In this document: positions 51,363 to 61,860 of the stretch, piece after piece
How the letters are laid out: each line of letters begins with the position of its first letter
Position numbering within the stretch: position 1 is the stretch's first letter
DNA from: Carcharhinus amblyrhynchos
Taxonomy: Eukaryota
NCBI GenBank assembly: GCA_965287045.1
Contig: OZ336887.1
Location: 11,780,001-11,844,000 of the forward strand
Length of the DNA stretch: 64,000 nt
Reading direction: 5' to 3'
Notes under the pieces: model-generated
Seen by the model: the letters and a program-made list of their open reading frames with translations, nothing else
Told to the model about the DNA's origin: nothing
Databases searched by the model: none
Program-made: the position numbers and the translations under genes

Positions 51363-52918
51363 CTACAAAACTTTAAAACATACAGAACCTTTATTCCAAT
51401 CTGTGTTGGAATGGTTTAAAATCATCAGTGTTATTGACCTGTGTGTACATAGCTCGGTCTGTATGCAATCAAAAAATATTGTCTGACTGCACCACGAAAG
51501 ATTCCTATACTGATAACTCTGTCAACTTCCTCCTTCCTTTCCTTACTCACTGAAAATGTTACGACTGAGAATAATTCATTTGTCTGAACTTTTTCCAGTT
51601 GTTAATTCCTGAGTCTCCGCAAAGTACTCCATTTACCTCTCAGTATTTCCCTCTTCCTTTATTCTCTAAATCTCTGCCAAAGTACATTTTATTTGTCTCT
51701 CTGAATCTCCACCTCTGTGTAACTTTTTATTAAATTTGCCTTTCTCCATTTTAACCTGCCTTCCTGGGGGCCTCAATAGCTTTATTGCTCTACACATTAT
51801 CTCATTACAAGGAGACATATGATTGTTTTCGTTGTGGTCAATGCTGTCCCCTTATTCCAGCATTCACTGTTGCAGTTTGGTGTAAAAGCACTTTACTTTG
51901 CACTACATCTTGACCATCCCAATTTTCCTCCTTCAACCTGGCTACTGCACAGCAGTAGAAACAGCTAACAGTTTTTAGCTGTTTATCCTCTTTTAAAGTA
52001 TTGCACTAAGTTGCAGATAAACTCAAAATACTTCAAGGTTTATTGAAAACTCTATTCATTCATGTTTAAAACTCAACATGAACAAAAGCTGAGTTCTTCT
52101 CCTTAGCCAGCAGATTTTGATGAGCCTGTCCCTTTCTTTTTTGACCCAGACCTCATGATGACTCTTTCTAACCTTCCATGAATTGGTGTTCCAGCATGTT
52201 GCTAATCTAGGAAGCAGTTTATTCCAGTACTTTTGCGAATCGTGAAGTAGCATAGTATTGTGAAATTCTGGGGTTTAATATCAGTAAAGAAAAATTGCTA
52301 CAGATATACCAACTTTTTCAATATTGAAAAGGTTGTGTTCTAACTCCCCAGGGAATTGGATGCTTTTCACTCTCCCTTCCATGTCTTTGCAAATCAAGAC
52401 ATTTGATCATTTTTGACAGGATAATAGAGGACTACCTTTCGTCTAGCGATTTCTACTAATCTAGGTGCCTTGTGCTGGCAATGAACAACTTTTGAAGAGT
52501 TATGAATCAAAATTGATTGCTACTGCAGGTTTTCTCATCTGCTAAACTTAATGTTTTTGAGCCATGTGTTGATCCTGAATAACTGTTTTAGTTCAAATAC
52601 CCCGTGCAGGTAAACCAAAAGTTTGTTTCCTTCGCTTTCTGTTGGTGTTTTCCATGCCATTCAGGAAGTGATTCTATAATTCTGTGTAACTGAATCCAGT
52701 TAGATTTTTCCACCCCCTGAGGTTTCAAACAACTGTGGGACTAAAATTACGCATCGTTTTCTCTTCCTGCTCTACTCCCAGGTTTTTCTCCTTCCCTGAA
52801 TATGTTGACCCATTATGGTGTGTGTATTTAAAGAATAGGTGCTCTCCTGATGCCTCTTAATGAAGTGACCATTCTTCCAAATTGCAGAAACATTCACCTG
52901 TTCCTTTTCATTCTCCAG

Positions 52919-53086
52919 CTGAGTCCGAAGAATTTGTAATGAAACTGATTAACAGGCCTATTATAGCCCTTCGAGGAGAGCATGGCTTTATTGGATGTCG
53001 GAAAGTGACTGGAACCTTAGACTCAAACAGATCCTCATACGATGTCTTCCAGTTAGAGCTCAATGATGGTGCTTACAGACTGAAAG
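52919..53086 (+). CDS. FSCN1: Fascin-1 coding exon 4 (168 nt)
   Basis: Acceptor TTCTCCAG|CT. Translates [56 protein letters not shown]; donor G|GTAAAT. Confidence 0.95.
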
Positions 53087-53439
53087 GTAAATGATCCAAC
53101 TTGTGTTTTTCCTTTGCAACTTCCTCTCCTGAAGGAATAAATTCCTGTAGAACATAGTTTCTTGAACATTGGAATCTCATCCCTGTTTTTCAAGTTTGAC
53201 TCTGGGTAGTTAGTGTATGTAGATGGACTAATTGCTTTGCCATGAAAGGCCTTACAGTTGAATCCACTCCTGTTCTTCATTGGCAGCCATGTTTGTGCAT
53301 GTCACAACAAGAATGACTGACAGCAGAGTAACAAAACTGTTTTTATTCCCTCTGACCACTCCCCCACACTCCAGTTTCTGTAGCGCACGCACCAATATTC
53401 TCCATCACGTGGTGGTGGATCAAATCTATACCATTTTTG

Positions 53440-53640
53440 AAACAAAAACAGAATGCTGGTGAACCTCAGCAAGTCTGACAGCATCTGTAGACAGAGAATA
53501 GAGCCAATGTTTCAAGTCCAGATGACCCTTTGTCATGAATAGCCATCCAGACTCTGTTAGCTTGATTCTCTCTCCACAGATGCTGTCAGACTGGCTGAGA
53601 TTTTCCACTTCTGTTTCAGATTACTGCTGATTTGCTTTTA
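53440..53640. repeat. Inverted pair of Penelope-like termini (fold-back) in intron 4; related copies at ~9120-9220 and ~56770-57180
   Basis: Arms 53465-53499 and 53565-53599 are complementary at 32/35 positions. Confidence 0.7.
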
Positions 53641-54045
53641 TCTATGCCTGTATCAGATTGTGTTTTAGCTCATGGTATCAGATTTGAGCAGGAAAACTCA
53701 ATTGAGCCATTTTGAACTTGAAATTGAAGCTGTTTGAACCCGTTTGCTACTCAGTCACATGAGTTAACCTTTGAGCTTCAGCCAGTTGACTGATTTTTTT
53801 TTTCCCCTTTTGGAAATGAATGGCCTGCCTTACTACTGTTCACCTGGGTCATGTATTTTTTATGAATATAAAGAGCCAGGGGCCAAACCAAATAGCACGT
53901 GATTGCTACCATGACATGCTACAATAATTGCATAAATCTTTGCATCAGGAGATGGGTGTGAGACAAATGGTGTGTACATTTAGTTTTGAAAGGTTTATGC
54001 TTCTGAGTCAGGACTGGTTCTCACTGTCTTTGTATTCCTTTGCAG

Positions 54046-54248
54046 ATTCCACTGGGAAGTACTGGATGGTTGGCAGTGACTCCTCTGTCACCAGCAGCAG
54101 TGATCAGCCTGTGGATTTCCTGTTTGAGTTCTGTGATTACAACAAAGTTGCAATTAAAATTGATGGGAAGTATTTGAAGGGGGATCATGCAGGTGTGCTG
54201 AAGGCATCTGCTGATAGCATTGACTCCTCAACCCTCTGGGAGTATTGA
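54046..54248 (+). CDS. FSCN1: Fascin-1 coding exon 5 (203 nt to TGA stop)
   Basis: Acceptor TTTGCAG|AT. Translates [67 protein letters not shown], the fascin C-terminus. Spliced total is 1470 nt = 489 aa + stop. Confidence 0.96.
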
Positions 54249-56320
54249 ATGCACTTTATGTATAAATGTGGCTTTCCAGCATTTTGTTTTTTTGCAGTAG
54301 TCCTACCATGGGTTGCAATGCCTGCCTGCCTTTCACTACATATCACAACAATTTTTTAAGCAGATTTTCTATATTCATCTTGACGATAGTTATTAGTGAA
54401 AGAGGTGATCTCTCTAAGTCTGTGCAGGCTGTATAATTCAATATCACGTGACATTCCTTTCAGCATTCCATTTTTTTTGTTAGGTTTTCTTGGATATCTT
54501 TTTAACTTTGGTAATGCCAAAGTTATAGTTACAACTTGCTTCATGTGCCTCAGGCCATGGATTGCAACTGCTATACTAACCGCTGCTCTGATATTGTTAG
54601 CCATGTTCACAAGTGCTTTGGTCTTGCCGGGCTGGGTGTTTGGTCATTTGTGCCCTCTTGTGATGGGAGGGGAGGGCGCAACTGATGAGGGGAGCTCTTT
54701 GTGCTGACTCGATACCAGATCCCAGTGGCCACTGAAAGCCAATCCTCTTCAGCAGAAGGCAGTTTAGCTCATGTGGACTTGAGCATAAACTGCACACTCG
54801 TCATCCCAAAGGATTGAGCAGTTTCCCTGCCTGTAGTATTTAAAGCTTCACTTCATTCTCGCACTGAACAAAACACAAGTCACCAGAACTCTAGTTTCCA
54901 TTGTAACTGAAGATGTTGGTGTCGGAACTATATCCAATGGTTCTAGGAATCTTTAGAAAAAAGAACAAAACTGGTACAAGAGAGAGGTATAGGGATTTGT
55001 AGAGCATTACATCTCCCAAAATAAAACCGTATGGATGTGGAATGACATAAGCTGGCCTTGTGTGTTCATTCCTTTTTGTTTATCCAATCTGTAGTTCAGC
55101 AAGTTGCTTTTGTTGTTATGAGCTGTCCTTTGGAAAGTGCATTCAGTGTGTTGATGACTTTCTATCTCACTGGAGACACAAGATAATAAGTCACTGCTTT
55201 TTATTTTTGCTATACGTTTGTGTATTAAAAGTTGGAAGAGACACCATCAGATAGGATCCATATATTCCTTGTCAGTTAATGCCCTGCAATTGCAAAACAA
55301 TATTTCATAACTGCTCAGATTGGGTAATCCTGAAACACTGGACACAGCCATCTAACCTGTTGCTGGCACTGGAGATGGGGATATAGTCTCATTTACTCTT
55401 CCCCAATGATCCAGTGGTTACTGGAATTCTTAGTATTTTTTTTTGTACTGGGGTTATTTCTGGAATGTTTAAAGCCTTAATTCTTCTAGAACTGGAAAAC
55501 CAGGAACCTTCCCTCCTACCTAAATTCCAATGTGCCAATATAACAGACTAAACTGGATACCCCAAAGTGAATTGCTAACAATCCAATCAGGTGGGTCCTC
55601 TGAAAAACTGGAACAGTCATCTTTGCAAAATGCCTTTCTGGATGGACTATATTTGTTTAAAAAAAATTGGAACTTTAAGGCAGCTTTTTAAAAAAAAATT
55701 CATGCATTTGCTAGTTCTGAGTGAAAGATGGACAGGCATTTAGAATATAAACTACTTTTAGTGGTCCATGGTAGGGTCTCTTAATGCAGTTCTGCAATCA
55801 CTGAGCAATGTACTTTATGAAAATGCATGTGGTCTTGTAACTTGTTGTGGAGGGAAATAATTGCCAAAACCCACATCTTCATGTGGAACCTCTTGAGTAT
55901 TGTCCAAGGAGCAGATTCATTTGGTGTGAGGGGACAACAGAGGTCAACTCACACCTTCCAGTTTATGGTTTCTTCATCCAAAACATACTGAATTTTTACA
56001 AGCATGGTCCAAAAAGTAATGAGATTTATTTTTAAGTGTTGGTTACACTGTACTGTGCATAAAATTCAAACATTGCTTGATCCAAAATTCTGCTTCTGTG
56101 TCAAGACACCTTCAAATGTTCTCAAAGGTCAGGATAATGGTCAATGCTCAGTTATCAGGACATTGAAAAATGGTGCCAGCTTAAAGGTTTCACCTCACAA
56201 ATGTTGAATTATTCCACCCAAATGTATCTTGTAGAAGTAACACTGTATTCCACTTTATTTTGAATCTCTTTTCTTCTTTTTTGTACATGTCATTTGTGTA
56301 ACTTGAGGAATGTCATGTCA

Positions 56321-56326
56321 AATAAA
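56321..56326 (+). terminator. Probable FSCN1 polyadenylation signal AATAAA (alternative proximal AATAAA at 55020-55025)
   Basis: AATAAA follows a U-rich stretch and TTTTTTGTACATGTCATTTGTGTAACT, at the end of ~2.1 kb with no recognisable repeats. A SINE starts ~155 nt downstream. Confidence 0.65.
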
Positions 56327-56480
56327 ACAAATGTTGCATATGCCAAAAACCACAACTGTGTTAATCACCAGAGGGTGTTTTCTGACTTGTGCCAAATTAA
56401 TAATTTTGACAAGAGACAACACAATTTTACAGCACACAAACTGGTCATTTGGCACAGTTGGTCTATCCCAGTGTTACTGA

Positions 56481-56768
56481 ACAGTGGTTAGCACTGCTGC
56501 CTCAGTTCAATTCTGACCTTGGATCACTGTATGGTGTCTGTATGTTCTCACCATGTCTGGATAGGTTTCCTCCAGGTGCTCCAGTTTTCTCCCACAGTCC
56601 AAAGATGTGTGGGTTAGGTTGATTGGCTGTGCTAAATTCCTCCTTGGTGTCAGGGGGTTAGTAGTGTAAATAAATAAATGGGTTATGAAGATAGGGCCTG
56701 GGTGGGATTGTGTTTGGTGCAGATGCAGTGGGCCAAATGGTGGCCTTTGCACTGTAGGGATTCCATGA
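56481..56768 (+). mobile_element. V-SINE (HE1-like), tail type A, just downstream of the putative polyA site
   Basis: ACAGTGGTTAGCACTGCTGCCTC head (internally deleted), V domain, tail A. Confidence 0.8.
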
Positions 56769-58879
56769 GCACAAAGGAATAAAAACACAACACTGGAAAA
56801 TAAACTCCAGTCTGGCAGCATCTGTCAAGAGAGAAACTAGAGTTCTGAGTCAGTTGAGTATCATTTGGTTCTACTAGCTTATCTCTGTTTCTTATCTATA
56901 TTGGGCCTGCAACTTTGAGTATTGTTTGCACTGTAGTTCACTTTGTTCATGCAAGTTGTTCAGTTTTTTTACATTTTAGTTTTCCCTCTTGGAGTTGCTG
57001 ACTCTTAGAATTATTCCACAGGCCACCCTTCACTACCTCCATCTTGTTTAAGTCTAAACTAGATAGCAGCATAAAAGCTAAAAAAGAGATGCTGGAAATC
57101 TGAAATAAAAGGAGAAAATTCCAAAGAATATTTCTCTCTCTCCACAAGTGCTGTCTGCCTTGCTGAGTTTATCCAGTATTTAGTTCTATAGAGATAGCAG
57201 TGGCCTGTTTTTAATTGTGGGGTGCATCACAATGCTGTTCCACTTTTACATTCTCTGATATTCTTTTCCAATAGGGTCCATCACCCCAACACTGACAATC
57301 CAGGATCTTGGCTTGAACCAGAATTTGAATAGTGGGTGAGGGCAGGATTGGAACTGGCTATAATGCAGCTTAATGTAGTCTCACAACCTATTGACTATCA
57401 TTCTTTACACTTGGGTGTAAAAATTCCCACTTCAGTCAGTAACATAGGGTGCAGCTGATTCTCATGCTAACCATAAACCAGGAGTATTGGATGAAGTAGA
57501 AAAAGGGTGTATAATAGATGCTAACTTGATGATAGAAGGGACAATCATCCATTATTTTAAATGGAAAAAGAGGCTGTGCAAGAGTAGATTGGCAGTTAAC
57601 AGGAAATCTAAAGGTTTTCTGTAGACTATCAATAGTAAAATGGTTGTCAGATAAACAGTGGACCAAAATCTACTGATGATGGCAGATAACTGGAAGATTG
57701 CAAATATTCACATTCAAAAAAAGTGGAGAAGGGTAAAACTGGCACCTATAAACAAGCCAACTTAATGCTGGTGCTGTGAAAGCTTTTCCTTTCATGGGAT
57801 GTGGGTGTTGCTGGCTAGACCAGCATTTATTGCCCATCCCTAATTGCCCATGTGAAGAAAGTGGTGGAAAACATTGCAGTCCTTGTGATGTAGGCTCACC
57901 CACGGTGCTGTTAGGGAGGGAGTTGTAGGATTTTGACCCAGTGACAGTGAAGCAATGGTGATAATATTTCCAAGTCAAGATGGTGTAGGGGCTTGAAAGG
58001 GAGCTTGCAGGTGGTATCTGTTGACCTTCTAGGTGGTAAAAGTAGTAGATTTGAAAGTATGCTGGATGGGTTGCTGTAATGCATCTTGTAGATGGTACAC
58101 ATTGCTGCTTTTGTGGTTCCAATCAAGCAGGATGCTTTGTCCTGGATGACATTGAGTTCCTTGAATGTTTTTGGAACTGCACTTATTCAGCAACATACTC
58201 CTGACTTGTGTCTTATAGATGATGGACAAGTTTTGGGGAGTTGGAGGTGAGTTACTTGTTACAGAATGCCCAACCCCTGACCTGTTGTAGCCACAGTAAA
58301 CATATAGGTTTAGCCCAGCCATAGTATTAAAGTTTGAGCCCAGGTAACACCCAGGATTTATTCAGGTCTTGTTGCATTTGGACTGTCAGTACCTGAGAAG
58401 TTGTGAATGGTGCTGAGCATCATGCAATTTTTTTTGTGAGCATCCCCATTTCTGACTTCAGTCACAGGATAGTGCTGCAGCTGTTCCTCAGGGTCATGTC
58501 CTAGGCATTTTAAGCTGCTTCATCAATGGCATTCCCTCCATCATGAGATGATTGACCTCCAACAACCAAAACCATCTTCCTTTGTGCCAGGTGTGACTAC
58601 AACTACTGGGAGTTTTCCCCTGCTTGTGACTCCCAGTTCTACTGGGGTTCTTAATATCATACATGGCCAACTACTGTTTTGGTTAAGGGCAGCCACTCTC
58701 ACCTCTGGAATTCCACTCTCTTGTCCATGTTTACACCAAGACTGTAATGAGGGCAGGAGCTGAGTGATCCTGGTAGCACCCAAACTGGACATCACTGAGC
58801 AGGTTAGTGCTTAGCAAGTGCTGCTTGATGGCACTGTTGCTGATTGCCCTTCCATCATTTAACTGTTGAGCAAGGTAAG

Positions 58880-59252
58880 CTGGCAAGATGGATACAGAAC
58901 TGGTTTGGTCACAGAAGACAGGATAGCAGTGGAAGGGGGCATTTCTGAATGGAGAGCTATTGACAAGTGGTGTTCCTCAGGTATCAGTGCTGGGATCTTT
59001 GCTGTTTGTAACATATAAATGATTTGGAGGAAAACGTAACAGGTTTAGTTAGTAATTTTGCAGACAACACAAAGGTTGGTGGATTTGCAGATCGTGATGA
59101 GGATCATCAGAGGATACAGCAGGATATAGATCAGTTGGAGACTAGGGTGGAGAGATGGCAGATGGAGTTTAATCCAGACAAATGTGAGGTAATGTATTTT
59201 GGAAGGTCTAATACAGATGGGAATTATACAGTAAATGGCAGCACCCTTAACA
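58880..59252 (+). mobile_element. Older CR1 RT fragment (host of the young CR1 insertion; resumes briefly at 61868)
   Basis: GVPQ.SVLG, FADNTKVGG, WQMEFNPDKCEVMYFGRSN, YTVNGSTLN|SI continuing across the TSD. Confidence 0.8.
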
Positions 59253-61860
59253 TAGAACATTACAGCGCAGAACAGGCCCTTCGGCCCACGATGTTGCGCC
59301 GACCAGTTACAAAACAATGACCCTCTAACCTAAACCAATCCCTTTTCATCCATAAACCTATCCATGGATCTCTTAAACGCCCCCAAACTAGGCGCATATA
59401 CAACTGCAGCAGGCAGGGCATTCCAATCCCTCACCACCCTCTGGGTAAAGAACCTACCCCTGACATCCGTCCTATAACTACCTCCCCTTAATTTAAAGCC
59501 ATGCCCCCTTGTGCTAGCTTTCTCCATCCAAGGAAAAAGGCTATCACTATCCACCCTATCTAAACCTCTAATCATATTATATGTTTCAATAAGATCCCCT
59601 CTTAGCCGCCTTCTTTCTAGCGAAAACAACCCCAAATCCCTCAGTCTCTCCTCATAGGACCTCCCCTCCATACCAGGCAACATCCTGGTAAACCTCCTCT
59701 GCACCCTCTCCAAAGCCTCCACATCCTTCCTATAATGTGGGGACCAGAACTGCACACAATACTCCAAGTGCGGCCGCACCAGAGTTGTGTACAGTTGCAA
59801 CATGACGCTGCGACTCCTAAATTCAATCCCCCTACCAATAAACGCCAAGACACCGTATGCCTTCTTAACAACCTTATCTACTTGATTCCCTACTCTCAGG
59901 GATCTATGCACACATACACCTAGATCCCACTGTTCATCCACACTATTCAGAGTCCTCCTGTTAGCCCTATACTCGACACATCTGTTATTCCTACCAAAGT
60001 GAATTACCTCACACTTCTCCGCATTAAACTCCATCCGCCACCTCTCGGCCCAGCTCTGCAACCTGTCTAAGTCACCCTGCAAACTATGACACCCTTCCTC
60101 ACAATCAACCACACCTCCGACTTTGGTGTCATCAGCAAATTTACTAATCCACCCAACTATACCCTCATCCAGATCATTAATAAAAATTACAAACAGCAGT
60201 GGCCCCAAAACAGATCCCTGAGGCACACCACTCGTAACTGAACTCCATGACAAATATTTACCATCAACCACCACCCTCTGTCTCCTATCTGCTAGCCAAT
60301 TCCTGATCCAATTTCCTAGATTACCCTCAATCCCATACATCTGCATTTTCTGCAGAAGCCTACCATGGTGAACCTCATCAAACGCCTTACTAAAATCCAT
60401 GTATACCACGTCAACTGCCTTTCCCCCATCCACCTCTTTGGTCACTTTCTCAAAAAACTCAATAAGGTTAGTAAGGCACGACCTATCCGCTACAAAACCA
60501 TGCTGACTATCTCCAATCAATTCATTACTCTCCAAATAACTATAAATCCTATCCCTAATAATTTTTTCTAAAACCTTGCCCACAACAGAAGTAAGACTCA
60601 CCGGTCTATAATTCCCGGGGAAGTCTCTGTTCCCCTTCTTAAACAATGGGACAACATTCACTATCCTCCAATCTTCCGGTACTATACCTGAGACCAACGA
60701 CGACCTGAAGATCAGAGCCAGAGGCTCTGCAATCACCTCTCTTGCCTCCCAGAGAATCCTAGGGTAAATCCCGTCCGGACCAGGGGACTTATCTATTTTC
60801 AAACCCTCAAGAATATCCAGCACATCCCCCTTATCAACTGCAATACTGTCTAGTTTACACCCCTGCAACCCAGTGTTCTCCTCAGCTACATTCATGTCCC
60901 CCTGCGTGAACACCGAAGAGAAATATTGGTTCAATGCCTCACCAATCTCTTCCGGTTCCACACACAACTTCCCTCTGCTGTCTGTAACTGGCCCTAATCT
61001 TGCCCTAACCAACCTTCTGTTCTTAACATACCTATAGAACACCTTAGGATTCTCCTTAATCCTATCAGCCAAAGTCTTCTCATGTCCTCTTTTAGCCCTT
61101 CTTAATTCACTCTTCAACTCCCTCCTAGCCAATCTAAAGCTTTCTAGTGCACTACCTGAGCCCTCAAGTCTCATCCGAACATAAGCCTCCTTTTTTTCTT
61201 TTTAACCAACGAATCAACTTTTTTAGTGCACCACGGTTCCCTAGCTCTACCAATTCCTCCTTGCCTGACAGGGACATTCCTATCAAGGACTCGCAGTAGC
61301 TGCTCCTTGAAAAAACTCCACATTTCGGACGTTCCCAGTCCCTGTAGTCTCCTAGTCCAACCTATGCTTCCTAATTCTCTCCTAATAGCCTCATAATTAC
61401 CCTTCCCCCAGCTAAAACTACTGACCCGAGGTTCATGCCTATCCCTTTCCATCACTAAGGTGAACATAACCGAATTGTGGTCACTATCACCAAAATGCAC
61501 ACCAACTTCCAAGTCCAGCACCTGGTCTGGCTCATTTCCCAGCACCAAATCCAATATAGCCTCACCTCTAGTTGGCCTATCAACATACCGAGTCAAAAAA
61601 CCTTCCTGCACGCTTTGTACAAAAACTGCCCCCTCTAACGAGCTAGAGCTATAGCAATTCCAATCAATATTAGTAAAGTTAAAGTCCCCCATAACAATTA
61701 CCCTATTACTTTCACTCCTAACCAGGATCGTCTCCGCAATCCTTTCCTCAACCTCTCTGGAACTTTTAGGAGGTCTATAAAAGACTCCCAACAGGGTGAC
61801 CTCTCCTCTCCTATTTCTAATCTCCGCCCATACTACCTCAACAGACAAGTCCTCATCAAA
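59253..61860 (-). mobile_element. Young 5'-truncated CR1 LINE (partial APE endonuclease plus full RT), 7-bp TSD CTTAACA
   Basis: ORFs 61171..61929 (GDFN, LDL, SDHN endonuclease motifs) and 59330..61174 (NYRPVSL, QHGF, GVPQGSVLGP, FADD) are joined by one frameshift at a homopolymer (T7 at 61191-61197). CTTAACA occurs at 59246-59252 and 61861-61867. Confidence 0.93.

Noticed and set aside
52882-54045. Upstream extensions of ORFs 52882..53094 and 53928..54248 as separate genes or starts
   Set aside because: Fascin homology starts only at the AG acceptors (52919 and 54046); the upstream residues are intronic read-through.
54249-56330. miR-133 sites (reported for mammalian FSCN1)
   Set aside because: I found no GGACCAA in the inferred UTR; the nearest (~57660) is beyond the polyA signal.
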